Of a DNA stretch of 64,000 bases, positions 1 through 14,727 are shown piece by piece. Both the position numbers and the translations under genes were made by a program. The stretch's first letter is position 1, and each line of letters opens with the position of its first letter. Below the pieces are notes generated by a model that did no database searches, was not told the DNA's origin, and was given only the letters and a program-made list of their open reading frames with translations. The DNA comes from Antedon mediterranea. Its lineage: Eukaryota > Animalia > Echinodermata. The stretch is taken from assembly GCF_964355755.1 (NCBI RefSeq), contig NC_092670.1, forward strand, positions 37,250,388-37,314,387. The letters run 5' to 3'.

Positions 1-489
1 ATATCTTGTCGAAAAAATTAAAATATTCCAAATAAAATAATGAATGTATTTCATTAATAGATTTCCTTAATGTTTTCTTGTTAAGTAATGATATGCTGTA
101 ACACAAGTTAAAATATTCTTAATAAAATAACGACAATATTTCATTAATAGATTTCCTTTAATAATGTTTTGTTTTTAAGTAACTTCAGTTAAGATATTTT
201 TTATTTCAATCATATTTGTACTAATATTTTAATATGCAGTTGCACAAGTTAAAAAGTAACTAGGAAATCTATAAAATATGAACGGACTTATTTGTTCTTA
301 GGTCTAGCACAGGTCATGAATAGAATTTCTGCTTTTATACAGAGACACAATGCCTGAGCAGTGTTCTGTTCTGAGCCTAGTGATAGAAAAGGATTCTTCA
401 TAATAATGATAATAATAACAAGTTTGATTGATATTTGTGCAGTTTTATATTTTGTGTATGTTGGATTTGGAGTTACAGATATTTGGTTA

Positions 490-860
490 TTTGGCTTCCC
501 ATAGTTATATTTAATGCTTTGTTTGGTCCTTATGACTTCCCATATTTATGTGTGTGATATATTTTGGCTCTAATGACTTCCCATATTTATGACTGATATA
601 TTTTGGCTCTAATGACTCCCCATATTTATGTGTGTGATATTTTGGCTCTAATGACTCCCCATATTTATGTGTGTGATATATTTTGGCTCTAGTGACTTCC
701 CATATTTATGAGTGTGAATGTGATATATTGGGTTCGATATATTTTGGCTCTAATGACTCCCCATATTTATGTGTGTGAATGTGATACTTTTGTTTTTATT
801 TATTTATTTATTTATTTTGCCCTAATTACTGCAGTAATGCCCATTTTTATATTGGTGTGT
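490..860. repeat. ~40-bp tandem minisatellite (TATTTTGGCTCTAATGACTCCCCATATTTATGTGTGTGATA), about 6 clear copies plus degenerate flanks
   Basis: Unit visibly repeated 524-790; partly accounts for spurious ORF 708-980. Confidence 0.9.
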
Positions 861-3800
861 GATATTTTAAAAGTGAGGCTATCTATTGCCAACAAAGTCG
901 TAACGCAGAGCCAAATTGGCAAGTTCAACATCCTGGACGTAGGAAGGTTCTCGCTCCTGTCAGCAACTCTTTCATTTTGAAATGGATATCGCAGTTTGTG
1001 AAACTGATAGCTTGTAATAGTGCTAATCTACGAATCATTTAACATTTTCACAATTATACAGTAGAAATGGAAAAAAAATTACTGTAAATGAACCTTTCAT
1101 ATATAAGTTTCTGTTGTAAGAGTAAATCGTGTATCTTCATTCTAAAGTTGTAAGAGTCTTTCACCAGTTCTGCCAAATCAAATCAAACGTCAATAATGTT
1201 TCATTTTCACAACGCTCCACGCCAATCGATATGCGCGTAGCTGTGTAAAACCTAAACATTGACGTTCAATTTGATTTTTCGGCGCCGGAACCGTGCTGAA
1301 AGGTCATCTAGAACACACTAATTACATGGTAAAAAGAATAGTTTCCCAGTAAAAATAATATATTCATGTAAAGGCCAGGTGCGAGCAAAAAATTTCTATT
1401 GATCATACATTCCAATAATTATCGATCTATAGTTTCCCCTATGTTTCATAATTTTTGGGATTTTATTTGTGTTACACGAGTTTGTTGAAAATAAGCACTT
1501 TCTTATCAGTGGGGGGATAGTTCAAATTACACAGTAAAATCTCTATTCGTTTGTACACACATTTTGTAAATAGAGAGGCATTTTAAAAAGCTATGAAAAA
1601 TAAACGGTGTGGTAAAAAATGTTATCAGATGACTAAATATAGGTAATATAACTTGAATATTACATTTCTGATATTTTTATTCAACTTCAGATTTTTATTT
1701 TCATGCTATAGCAAAAATTATCCACCGCATATCCACCATCTTTTTTCACCGTCTAGGGAGTCACCAGATATGTTATTACATTAGGTTAACTACCTAACTA
1801 CTGAAAAAAAGTCTCCCTGGTTTTTATGGAAGAATTTTGCCAAATTTTGTATTTGACCATATTAAGTGAAATTCATGTTTTTTCGTCTCGATTTCTGTTA
1901 CAAATATTTGATTTATGTACAATTAACCAAATATTAAATTTAAAATTCATGCCTGTACCTGAGCTTTAAGGTACATTTGTGTCATTGTGCATCAGCCCAA
2001 ACATGACACAATTACGTCTTCAAGTTGGTATGATTTATACCTATGTCAGTTACTATGATACTTATTTTCATCATTCTTTACAATCACTTCTTGAGAACCT
2101 ATGACAATAGTTCAAAAGCTAAGAACCTACAGTGAATACAAAATAAACATAAATAGATCTACGCTGATTGAAAACCTGTGCCTATACTCCCAACAGACTC
2201 CACACAATTAAGTGTATCCTTTTATAGTTTTGCCTACTTTGTAACATATGTCCATTCAGTTCATAGCCTGTAGCGTTAAAAATTCCAATTATTATCATTA
2301 TTATGCTTATTATTAACAATTGCAAACAAAAGCCTTTGTATATTGTATTGTTTGCAGGCAGGTTTGTCCTCTAACGTGATGTAATATATTTATATAATAG
2401 TACAAAGAAAAAGAAAAAGTTTGATTTCAGAATGCTATTGGAGTCTATATTAGCGATCACCCAGTTAGATAAATGTGTGCTGTATGTAATTCAAACGTAT
2501 TTAATAAATTTATTGGTTTTTTTTTTCTTTATTTATAAATCCAAAGGCAAATTACTGAAAACATGACAATGGTGTGGGTATCAGTGGCTGGATCTCAATG
2601 GAGATACAAAAAAAAAAGCGAAAAGCTAAATCAAAACGATAAGTAAAACAGCCAGAAAAGTTAGCAGAGCTTTCAGTCAACACTAGCCCTTCATATATAT
2701 ATATATATATATATTTTTTTTTTTTATATATTTGGTTTTCAAAGGACTATTGTCTATCATCAGTTACATTACTCATTTCTTTTGTAACATTTGTGGAAAC
2801 ATATACAGTACAAAAAATTCATAAAAATGTTAAAAAAATATTAAGTACTGTATATAAATAAATTGTAAAAAAATTTGAATGAAAATAATAATCGTTCAAT
2901 ATTCTTAGTTGTAATATTTTTTTCTGATAAACAGAATTACTTTTATTATTATTTATATCATACTGTATATATATTTAGCAAATAAAATGTTATACACTGA
3001 CCAAACATCTTTGGCCGATTCATATTAAATTATGTTGATTCTACACACGTATACAGTATATGTACACGTGATGCGTGCTTCTGAGACATAATTATGTGCA
3101 AGTTAATACACATCAAGTTTGCGTGTTTCTAGCAACACATTAAAAATATTTAGAAACCTCATTATGATTAGCTTGATAAATAAATATTAATTTTAATTAT
3201 ATTTTTTGTAATTAATTAATAATAAACATAGAAATGTTAATAAAACATATAATGTTTATATAATTCTTTAAATCACAGGATTACAATTGATTCAAATTAG
3301 GTGGATTATAACCAAGAGCGATACTATAATATTCAGTTTTTGTTTTTAATAGATTTAAAATTAGTAAATTTTCATCAAAATATACTAAACCCCAAGGTTA
3401 GAATTATCATGACATTTAAACCTTTAAAACAACATACAAAATCCAAATGTCAGACTGCGTTTTTTTTTCTATTTTCAAAGCCATGATATTAAAACTAGTT
3501 GATCTCTTTATTCCACACTGCGAATATTAACTGCCTTGAAAAATAAATTGCCCCAGACATTTATCAGTTAATGTGTGTGATATAGCTTGTTTTGCATGTT
3601 TTGTGGTTGATGCTGCTGCCTACTACAATGAATAAAATGAGTCAATTCCTTGCTTTGTGTTGTTGTAGTAGTCGTCGTCGTTAGTTAAACCTACTGTACA
3701 AGGATAGTCTATTGAGCAGCTAGCAACACACTCACTGCATCATTGCATTATGAACAATAAACAGTTATTGTTCTCCTATAGCATTATGGTGTCAATAAAC

Positions 3801-4206
3801 CTATAGGTTTTTATACATTGTTGGATTTATAATTGTTGTACAAGGATCTAAATGTTGGATTATTACCTCTTGAGTAAGTGGCTATGTATTATTTTCCATT
3901 TTGTACTGTACATGTTTATATATTGTTTTAATATTGTGATTAAATATGTGCCGCCAGCAGTGTAGAGGATGTAATAATACTATTTCTTGTGACATAATTA
4001 CATTATATACTATGGTATAGGTAGAGCAATGTGTATATTTTATTGCATATTATTATATAAATATTCAAGCATTTTATTTTCAAAATAGAACATTTTTATT
4101 TAAGAAAATGTCCTACAAATTTTGAAAATTTCAGAGCTGATTTCATTTGTAAATGATTGTTTTTAATTTGAAAGTTTAAGCACATTAGTTCGGTTTCAGT
4201 ACCATA

Positions 4207-4350
4207 AAGCTAGTTTGACAAAAAAAACGTGTGATGTGCCCAAATATGATAGTGATATACCCAAATATGGTAGTGATATACCCAAATATGGTAGTGATAT
4301 ACCCCAATATGGTAGTGATACAACATCATCATGTCCATATATGGGCACAA
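4207..4350. mobile_element. Partial copy of the abundant AGCTCTGTCTACACTATCAAAC MITE, with 21-bp internal repeats
   Basis: CTAGTTTGACAAAAAAA..GTGATGTGCCCAAATATG plus repeated CCCAAATATGGTAGTGATATA matches the internal part of full copies; explains ORFs 4196-4474. Confidence 0.8.
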
Positions 4351-4490
4351 CACCAGTGCAATGGCAAGTCTTCAATGTGTATAGGCACACAATCACCAGT
4401 AGTACAATGGCCCTTGTTATTAATATATAGGACTCTAGGGATTGTGTCTTTAACTTAGTGTGAGCATAGGACAATGCCCCAACCTCTAGG

Positions 4491-4745
4491 AACTATTTAA
4501 CTTACAACTCCACCCTCTGCCAACTGTAGAAGTTATAGTTCAAACCTCCACCATTACCTGTACATACTATTTGTTATTACTCCACCCTCTGCCAACTATT
4601 TAACTTACAACTCCACCCTCTGCCAACTGTAGAAGTTATAGTTCAAACCTCCACCATTACCTGTACATACTATTTGTTATTACTCCACCCTCTGCCAACT
4701 ATTTAACTTACAACTTCAACCTTTAGATACTATTTAACTTATATT
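4491..4745. repeat. 103-bp tandem repeat (about 2.4 copies) built from ~34-bp subunits
   Basis: AACTATTTAACTTACAACT recurs at 4491, 4594 and 4697. Confidence 0.85.
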
Positions 4746-5379
4746 CTTAACTGTACACAAAGTACATCATTGTTTATAGAATATGTGAGTTATGTCTTGT
4801 ACTTTTGTAGTACACTATGAAGTGAGTTAAATTACTGAACCACAAATACCAGTTAATTAATCTCAATAAATTCAAAACTATTATTTTTGGAAGGGTTATT
4901 TGACATGGTTAGTTTTTGCTGCTGAATAGCCATACATACATGATTTAAATGCCGATATTCAACTTGAGTTTTTTTGTGTTTTTTTTTTTTTTCATCACAG
5001 AAGACCCATCTATTGACACAATCCATTCTGTAATACCCAAGTATATGTGCTAGTGAAAGTGTTGTTGTGGTTTGGCATTGAAGCATAGTTCTTAGTACAG
5101 CAGGTGGGGGGAAATATGATAGGATAGTCAACTTGCTAAAATTAGTTTCTCTGCAGTTTTCTAGTTTCAGAGTACATTTTTTCAACCTATCTATGGGAAT
5201 TATGATGTTATCTATCAGAATTTTGTCAGTGGTTGTCTCATTTTTTCCAATCTAACTAATTTTAATTTTAACCTCTACAGTAATTATCCGTTCCTTAGTG
5301 AATTTCCTTTGAATTCTTTTATCCTCTTTTCTTCTCATTTTCCTTTTTATTTTTTTACATTTTCCCCTTTTCCTTAGCT

Positions 5380-5690
5380 AATTTTTTCTTCTTTCCTTTC
5401 ATTTTTTCTTCTTTCCTTTCATTTTTTCTTCTTTCCTTTCATTTTCTCTTCTTTTCTTCTCATTTTTTCTTCTTTTCTTTTCATTTTTTCTTCTTTTCTT
5501 TTCATTTTTTCTTCTTTCCTTCTCATTTTTTCTTCTTTCCTTCTCATTTTTTCTTCTTTTCTTTTCATTTTTTCTTCTTTTCTTTTCATTTTTTCTTCTT
5601 TTCTTTTCATTTTTTCTTCTTTCCTTCTCATTTTCTCGTTCCTTCTCATTTTCTTTTTTTTTCTTCTTTTCTTTCTTTTTCTTTGTTTTT
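5380..5690. repeat. 21-bp polypyrimidine/polypurine tandem repeat (TTCATTTTTTCTTCTTTCCTT)n
   Basis: Direct inspection; gives the spurious MKRKEEK-repeat ORF on the minus strand. Confidence 0.9.
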
Positions 5691-6271
5691 CTTCATGACT
5701 CTTTCATCTCAAGTTTTTCTATTTTCTTTTTCTTCATTTTCAATTTGCTTCTTCTTCCCATAATCTTAAACTTTCTACCTACCTTCCTAAGATGTTGTTA
5801 TTTTACAGTTTTAAATGTCAACATGTCTTACCATAATGCATTATTAATGGCATATCCAGTCATTAGTTATCACCTTGTTCATCACTGCTACTACTGTACG
5901 CTATATCTTTATTTTATTCACTCAGTTCCTATCCTATTTTAAGCATACCGTAGGAATCTTTGCGGTGTCTGGTCTGTGCATAAGCACACATACAGTATGT
6001 GTCATAATTTAGAAAATAAAGCATATTTGTTGTTAACACTGCAATGAGAATTAAAGCAGTCGGCCTAGCCTTTTTATTTTTACGAAGATATTCACTTCAA
6101 AATGGTAAATATAACAATGTGTACAAAAGGAATATAAAAAGGTAGCAATATTAAAAGGACTAGAACATTTAACTGACAAGTATGACGTTACATAACATTA
6201 CCTCAGAAACAATTGTATATTAATTATCTTTATTTCCTTTTTGGAAACACATTGGTGTACCACAAACCTAA

Positions 6272-6358
6272 AGCTCTGTCTACACTATCAAACAAGTGTG
6301 ATGTGCCAAAATATGGTAGTGATATTTTTCCAACTAGTTTGATAGTGTAGACAGAGCT
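6272..6358. mobile_element. Short MITE copy (TIR AGCTCTGTCTACACTATCAAAC), PIF/Harbinger-like
   Basis: Both TIRs present; TAA on the left flank. Confidence 0.85.
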
Positions 6359-6712
6359 TTGCTCACCTAGAGTAGTAGGTACCATTTTAATGGTTACATT
6401 GTAACTGTTTGCCCTGATTCAATTTGGGAGGGTCAAGAGGATTAATGTATCAAAAATGAAAGTTACTTTGAAGGGTGGGTTGTTGTCACACTAACCTAAT
6501 TACTGCGTTTCTTATTAGAACGTACAGGTTTTTAACCTCCTGTTCCTTCCTGTGTTATTCTCAATGAAGTTTAGAATTTGTTGCATCGTTTATTTGTAAA
6601 TTAAAAAATGCATCACAAGACAATATATATGTATTTTGTCTCTCCCCTAGTCCTATTAGTTGACAGTCTTCCACCTACCTGTATAGTTTGACAGTCTTCA
6701 ATCCACCAAGCC

Positions 6713-7790
6713 GGGTGTCACGAAAGCTCAGACCACGAAAGCTCAGACCCCCTAAGACCTAAGATCACGAAAGCTAAGACCCAACACCTAAGATTACAAA
6801 TACTAAGATATACTACAGATTAAAAACAATACTTGTTAATCCATACATAATTTTAAACACAGTAGGTTTCATTTATTACCATAAATATAATTTAATACTA
6901 CCGCAAAACATAGATAAACTCACATTATTTTCGCCCGTTGAGTAAATGTATATTTTTTCTTTACAACAAACAAACTTGACGGGTTGTTTGTTGCTATATA
7001 TTTACTCCATTGTGTTGGTTCAGAGGATGTTTTTCTTACGCACCTGCCTTTCTTGTATTTTGACTCCAAATTTGTTGACTAACTTTATCCTGAACACCAC
7101 ACTTTAAAATTAGGACTTATAAGTACTTTCAGAAGGAGAAACACATAATAACAAATAAATAAATCCTTTAAATTGATGATTTTACATATGTGTTTCTTTG
7201 TATACTGTAATGTAACTCCTCGAGCTCCCACCATGCTCAATGTTTTTGTTTCCATGGAGCGCCAAAAGAGCAACAATAATAGTACAAGCATAAAAACAGA
7301 AAGAAAACGAAACAAAAAAACTTATCATGATTTTTAAATTAAAATTTATTTGCCAGTATTTATTTCTTCGTACTTGCATGATTATACTATTATCATTACA
7401 ATTTTAATTTTACATTGTTCCATCCACACTGTAGATGGACTCCACAGAGTTTTCAGCCCTCTATATAATTTTTGCTCTTTTGACGTTCCATAGAAACAAA
7501 AACATTGAACATGGGGTAGGCCTACTGTAGTACTGTAGGCTAATCATTTTGTGTGCGAGAAAAACGTCTGTAAAATCATCAATTTAAAAATGTATTTGTT
7601 AATTTTTATGTGATTCTTTTTCATGAAAGTGCCAATTCTAAGGTGTGGTATTCAGAATAAATGTTGGGAGTTAAAATACAAGGCAGGTGCGAAAGATAAA
7701 TATTTGTAATCTTAGGTGTTGGGTCTTAGCTTTCGTGATCTTAGGTCTTAGGGGGTCTGAGCTTTCGTGGTCTGAGCTTTCGTGACACCC
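6713..7790. mobile_element. Non-autonomous DNA transposon (Mutator/foldback-like) with ~90-bp TIRs and a 10-bp TSD
   Basis: GGGTGTCACGAAAGCTCAGACC... at 6713 is the reverse complement of ...GGTCTGAGCTTTCGTGACACCC ending at 7790; CCACCAAGCC duplicated at 6703-6712 and 7791-7800; no coding capacity seen. Confidence 0.85.
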
Positions 7791-8400
7791 CCACCAAGCC
7801 CTATAGTTTGACAGTCTTCCACTCACCAAGCCCTATAGTTCGACAGTCTTCAATCCACCAAGCCCTATAGTTTGACAGTCTTCAATCCATCAAGCCCTAT
7901 AGTTCAACAGTCTTCAATCCACCAAGCCCTATAGTTTGACAGTCTTCCACTCACCAAGCCCTATAGTTTGACAGTCTTCAATCCACCAAGCCCTATAGTT
8001 CGACAGTCTTCCACTCACCAAGCCCTATAGTTCGACAGTCTTCAATCCACCAAGCCCTATAGTTTGACAGTCTTCAATCCACCAAGCCCTATAGTTCGAC
8101 AGTCTTCCACTCACCAAGCCCTATAGTTCGACAGTCTTCAATCCACCAAGCCCTATAGTTTGACAGTCTTCAATCCACCAAGCCCTATAGTTTGACAGTT
8201 TTCAATCCACCAAGCCCTATAGTTCGACAGTCTTCCACTCACCAAGCCCTATAGTTCGACAGTCTTCAATCCACCAAGCCCTATAGTTCGACAGTCTTCA
8301 ATCCACCAAGCCCTATAGTTTGACAGTCTTCCACCTAGCTGTATAGTTCGACAGCCTTTTTGACAGTTTTCCACCTAGCCCATATAATAGTTTGGCAGTC
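7791..8400. repeat. 32-bp minisatellite (CCACCAAGCCCTATAGTT[T/C]GACAGTCTT...), about 17-18 copies; the array also continues at 6655-6712, left of the transposon
   Basis: CTATAG recurs at 7801, 7833 and onward with period 32. Confidence 0.95.
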
Positions 8401-8430
8401 TTTATATTTAAATTAAATGTTTTTTGCTAA

Positions 8431-8605
8431 AGCTCAGGGAATAATTTCGCCAGTGTAGCATAGCAAAAAGCTATACAAAACAACCTTTTTGCTACACATT
8501 TCTACAATTGTGTAGCAAAAAATACAATACAAAACTATGTTTCTTTACCAAAAAATCAGTTTGATTGCTAAACAAAATTTCCAAATGAAATTTTTCCCTG
8601 AAGCT
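8431..8605. mobile_element. Small MITE-like element
   Basis: Imperfect inverted ends AGCTCAGGGAATAATTTC / GAAATTTTTCCCTGAAGCT; internal TGTAGCA/TGCTACA motifs. Confidence 0.45.
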
Positions 8606-11159
8606 ATTATGATATATAGAATTTTCCAACTAAATGTATTATTGGTATTACTATTTTAGCATAGTAAAACCCTTTTTATATATGGAAAGATCTATTGAAT
8701 ACTTTTGTTTTAACTTTCGAACGACTTTTGTTATTTAACCCATTTCTTGAAATGCGAAATTATATTTTAAAAGTTCAACTGCAGTTTAAAAGTCTGGTGA
8801 AATACTATTAACTAATCATTACTGCTAAAGATTTCAAATGTATCATCCATCTTTCCTGCATATCCTTACATTTTATGCCAGTTTTCAAGCTGGTAATTTA
8901 TGAGAACTTGGATGTTGCCTCCTGAGATTTTCAAGGTAACCAATCATAGGAGTTTGCAGTACATTCCAAAAGCCTGCTTGGTAGGCTCCCTGGGGAGGCT
9001 GTGAAATACTGGTTTATTGGTGCTCTACCAAAAATACACAGCTGTAATAGGTGTGTGCCATACAGTACAATGACAGACCTTTTTATTTACCAGTTTTCAA
9101 TGTTCAAAATCTTTTTATTAAAAAGAAAAGTAATGTATTTTCTTTAAAAAATTTTTAAAGTATGTCTCACTAAGTCTACATAAGTAGAAGTATTCATCAG
9201 TTGTTTGGTGCATAACTAAATACCATAAAGCAGTTTACCATTTTCACATTATTATATATTTTAAAAGCCTTTTAATTTATTGGACAGAATTACAGTGTAG
9301 TTGATTTAATATGGCGGCTGAAAAAATGCTAAATGGTAGTACTGTATTAAAGCACCATTACTTTATTGTCACCCTAGCCTGTAGCCAGGAAAGCTTCAAG
9401 GGTGGAATGAAGCCCCTTTTTGCTGTCCCCTTTCAAAATAGAGATCAGAAGATAGTCACTAGGCTAGCTCATGATAATGAAGCTACAGTAGTACGATTAG
9501 AGAAAACCCTGGAAGTAGGACTTTTTGTAGTGTGACTGTGGGTTGATAATTTTTCCATAATTATTGTGTTTTCTGGGAATTTTCCATAATTTTAGACAAA
9601 ATTGTAATTTTCCGTAGTTGTGTTTATCGTAGTTTTATCTCCATTTTCGTAATCCGTATTCCGCTGAATTTCTGTAGTAAATTTGACGTGTTCCATAGGT
9701 TACTGATTTTTTTTTTCTTTAAAGAACCTTCATATTTAAAAATTCTGACTTGTCACCGCTGCCCTACTACTAGCAATGTTTGAATTATTAAAATCAAAGA
9801 AATGACTTGTCATTCACTCAATGATGTTGTGTTCATAGTACATTATTTCTAATCTACTTTGTCATCTTATTATCGCTCAATAAAACTACATTTATAAAAT
9901 AATTATTTGCATCTTCAATGACTCTCCATGTCTTTTTTTTTCAATATTGTGTTACTCTTCTGGTCACTTCACTAACATCACATGATGTACTGTACATATT
10001 CTAGTTATAGGAATTTACTACTCTGCTTGTATGTGATACTGTAATATTGATACAAATATGTAAATAGTAGCACAGATGGTAGTGTTGGATGCGTGAATGA
10101 CAGACACATGCAGAGACAAACATCTTAAAATGATCAATGATTATGCTTATTATCCAAAAGCATCAACAAAGGATAATAAAATATTAAATATGATTAAATA
10201 TGTTTTAATTAATTTTAAATTTAAAATGTATTTTTATTTGATATTTATTACTAATTAGGTTATAATTAATAATAATTTAAAGATGTATTGTTCCCAAACG
10301 TAAAAAAATTAAGATAAAAATAAAACAAACAATTTTGTAGTTTTGTAATTCATTTCAATATTAAAAAAAAAATAAAAAAACATGGTTTAACTTAATAAAA
10401 ATATAAAATAAACAGTTAAATTTAACTAAAAACCAGTTCTCTGACAAGCAATTAATTAATGTTTTAGGTAAATAAATATCAAATTACGAAACAAATAATG
10501 TTAACTATTTAGATGTGGTACTATTATTATTTTACATTTTTGTTTTGTTTAAGAATATTCAATTACTGTAGGTAGGTTTTAGTACCACGAAAGATTTAAT
10601 GTGTACAAAGTTCTTGAAATTGTCTTTTTATTACCATTCTAAGAAAAGAATAACTCATCATACTTATCCGTGTTGAAATTATTCATGGAAATAACATTGC
10701 TATGTTTACTAGTCTGTGCAAGAAAAGACATTAAAATATTATTATAAAGAGACAAATCTATTCAGAAAATATTACAATTTAATCTATTTTTTTAAACATT
10801 AAAAATATAGTTTATACAGCTATTTAAAGAAGAAATAATATAGTTTTATTACATTTTATAGAATAGAAGATTATATTTCAGATCAGATACGATAGTAGCA
10901 TCAACAATTGGTAATCATGCATTGATGCACTACTTGACAAAAATACTGATACACATAGCCAGGTATAAAACCTCAGATAAACCTGCATGATAACACATCT
11001 ATCCCCCAAGGAATGTCATGTTGGCACAAGTATTGAGTACATAACCATGAATGGACGTTTGTAATAGACAAAAATCATCATAATTTATTAACATTAAACC
11101 TATTGATTGGAGATACAGATCACGAATGTGATAGAATTAAAATTATTATTTGACAACTA

Positions 11160-11300
11160 AACTCTCTCTACACTACACAAAAAATGTGATGTGCTCATGG
11201 TCACTATGATGTCATATCACTGCCATATTTGGGTATATCACTACCATATTTGGGCACATCACACTTTTTTTGTCAAACTAGTTTGAGTGTAGACAGATCT
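11160..11300. mobile_element. Degenerate copy of the AGCTCTGTCTACAC MITE
   Basis: Shared internal ATCACTACCATATTTGGGCACATCAC and right TIR AGTGTAGACAGA. Confidence 0.8.
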
Positions 11301-13823
11301 TAACAGAAATTACTAACAGAAACTAATGTTAAGGAACCAACCTTTTAGAAATAGAAATGTAATATTCTATTATGATACAAAATAGTCAGAAAAAAAATGT
11401 TACTTTTTAGGGTTCAGATTTTAACTTTGTTTGAAGTTTTTGGCTAAAATTAAGTTTTGCAAAATAATCAATAGAATATAAATAAAATTAAATCTTCGAT
11501 GACAAAGTTCATTCCGTATGTTTTGATAGATAAAGCCTCAAGTTTTTTTACTTAAGCACTTATTAACTATCTAGACTTAAGCACAAAGCTAGTTAAATGC
11601 CAACCCTGGTTCTTAAAAATCTCTAAAATCCTTTAGGCCTATTTTTATTCCTATTCTTTCATTAACTCAAGCTTAATTATATTGGAGCCTATTTTTTGAT
11701 TTGCCACGACAATTATGTGGCAACAAATCTTGTTGCAGTTTACATGCATAATTTCCGTATATCTACTTTGTATAGTTTAATGCGTTTAAGGGAACTAATC
11801 AGATGATATGTTTTATTGGAGTTGACGACTAACCATTTCTATTTAAATTCTCTGCGGCTTTACACTTTTACAGACTTGAAAATAACATAATCTTTATTTT
11901 ATTTATTTTATTTATTTATTTTATGTCTTTAGGCAATGCGTACATTTATTGCCTGCTTTGAAAGCAATGGTCATAGGTTGAATTATATTTGCTTTGTTAT
12001 CCTTTCTTTTATTAAACACAATAATTTATTTATAGATATATTGTCCATGAACATTAAAGATTAATAAAATAAGACTTTTGATTCGGCCCTTTTTCAGTTT
12101 TAATAAAGTAATTTACTTCAATAGAAAACAAACAAACAACAACAACAACAATAATGCCACTTATTAAAAGGCAAAATAAATGGTTATATTTAACCAATCC
12201 GACTGAAACAATTTGTCTACTTCTTGCCTTAAAAATAATTATGTGACATTAAAATGACATATTAAAAAAAAGTTTGTTTTTTTTTTCATGGGGACTATTA
12301 TGAAAATAACAGGCAAATACCTAAAAACTAATGACTGTGTTTACAAAAATGTTTTAATGCGGAATATACCAGAGAACCATAACTTCTTCAAACCGAAGTC
12401 TGCAATTTACAAAAAGCAAACGTCACACAGATAACAGTAAATTTGTTGACTTGTGTATACTCTGCAAATTAAAGACATGTTAAGGGAGCTTGAAATGTTG
12501 TAAATTCAACCAGTATTTGAAGACTGTTTAAAATAAGTAAGGGTAGTGTTTCTAATGCATAAAGACCAAAGTCATCAATCATCTTTTACCACCAAAGGTT
12601 AAATAAAGAACTATTATTTTCTATTGCCTCTAAAAATTGCTGGACACAAATGATTTGGTATGCAATATTATACAAATGTTTAAAAAGTTCTATTAAACAA
12701 TCATTTAATAGTGAGTACTATTGCACGCCATGTGACCCACAATCGTCCAATCAAATGATAGGAATTTATTTAGATTTTATATAAAACCATTGAATTACTG
12801 TAGGTCCCTACTACTAATCAGGAAGATGTAAAACAATGATTATTTTACAACATCTCTAAACTAAATGTACAATAGGATGGTGTATATTAATCCTGCCCTT
12901 AAGTGTGTCAATGTGAATTAATCCTTGTTTACTATAGTCTGCTGATAAAGTACTGAGTACTTTGAAGTGGTGTGGTGATATAATCCTTAAGTGTTGACAG
13001 ACATCTACATGTAAACTATGACATTATATTTCATACTACAACATTCCTAAGAACCACATTGCTTTTCCCAGACTAATGGCAATATATCCCCTTTAACACC
13101 TAACTTAAGTCACCCTTGGCTGCAACCTGTCAAATGACAACTCAGCAATTGACCGCCATCTTTAGTGCCCTAGATTTGTACATTTTCAAGTAATGTGAGC
13201 TCCACAACTACAGTTTCATGTTTGCACCCACCTCTACAAGATTGAGAATGCACAGATTTCTAGTAAAATAAAGTTACTCGACGGTAACATCAGACTTTAG
13301 GTAAATTATTCTATGCTAAATCTGAGTGGAATTTGACTTAAGCTTAAATTAAATAATGTACAAACCTATTTTTCAGTCAATTCCACTAGGGCTGATTTGA
13401 TTGTATGTGAGGTGCAAGTTTGTAGGAGTTTTTTTTTTTTATTCTTCAGGGGAAAACAGAATGGTTTAGTAACATATCGATTGATCAGTTTTTTACCAGA
13501 TCAAAAATTATATAATAAACATAAGAATATTTTTAAAATAAAATAAGTAAGTTGAAAATTGAACAATTCAATCGTACTATTCGATCTTAATCAAGTTTTA
13601 TTAACCATTGTTGTATAACAATAAAAGGTTATTATGAAAAGAAAACAGCGGTTATAAAAAGTTATGTATGGTGTAGATAGAAGTCAACCTTATTGATAAA
13701 TTGGATGAATTCGACAAATATGTATTGAAATTCTTTATGAATTTTTACTGTAGTAAAATTAAAATTATTAAAATCAAATATTTATAATATATTGTTATGT
13801 TTTATCTATTGATACTAACTTAT

Positions 13824-14133
13824 AGATGTATTGTTCCAAAAAAATCATGAAAATGAAGAATAATATTAGTCTTTAAAAAGGCCATTTTGCAGTGTTAATA
13901 AAGTTATTATCTTCTGTTTAAAAAAAAACCCCCAAAAATAATTATTTCACTTATAAAAAAAAGAAAAAAAATGTTTAATTTTAACCCAAAACCATTGTCT
14001 AATAGACAAAGTACTTTTTGTTGTAAATAAAAAAAATTTTCGGGGAAGTATTTCATCAAATTATTGTGACATTATTAAAATGGCATATTAAAAACAAATT
14101 TGAAAAAAAAAAATGTTCTTGAACAATATATCT
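13824..14133. mobile_element. TTAA-flanked MITE family 2 (ends AGATRYATTGTYCC...GGACAATAYATCT), Kolobok-like
   Basis: Same termini at 14728-14943 and 24013-24155; single ends near 10280, 36403 and 43606-43626. Confidence 0.55.
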
Positions 14134-14727
14134 TTAATTAATGATGGTAAATCAAAATATTTAAATTGCAATCACAATGTCAAGAAGTATTAAAATACAG
14201 TACAAATTGTATCAAAATGCTTTGTAATTTAAGAGATCATCATTAGTAGATCATATACTGTAATAGTCATACAATTCTACTGCAAACCTAACTCTGTAGT
14301 GTATATAAATGTCAGGCAGGGTTTTTATTTCTATATATTTATCAGATGGTAAATTTGTAATTTCCATTTTTAACATGGCTTTGGTAACCTAGTTACTTTT
14401 TGTACTATAGTATAAATAGTAGAAGAATACTCATTATGGCTACCAAGCATACTAATTTGATATAAGACAAAATAGTGGTACCAGTTAAAGAAAATGATAA
14501 ATATAAATTTCTCAAGCCAGAAAGATAAAGTTTAAGCACTTACACAATATAACTTGTTAATAGATTAAACTGTGGTGTAGATCTGTGTAGTCTAACATAA
14601 AAACTTAAATGATTTCATATTTCTTCAGGTAATTAACAAACTAGACTTGCCAATTGTTCGGCTTAACCAAGTGTGTATGCTATTTCAAAAACTAAAACAA
14701 TGACAATCATAAATGCTTTGATATTAA

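Noticed and set aside
1368-1968. Possible TTAA-type transposon with ends AGGCCAGGTGCGAGCA / TGCCTGTACCTGAGCT
   Set aside because: TIR match too degenerate and left TSD imperfect to call without a repeat library
5419-5649. K/E/R-rich coiled-coil-like ORF
   Set aside because: Translation of a 21-bp polypurine repeat
7791-8400. Regular 32-bp repeats resembling a CRISPR array
   Set aside because: Head-to-tail units with no unique spacers, no cas genes, eukaryotic intron context: a minisatellite
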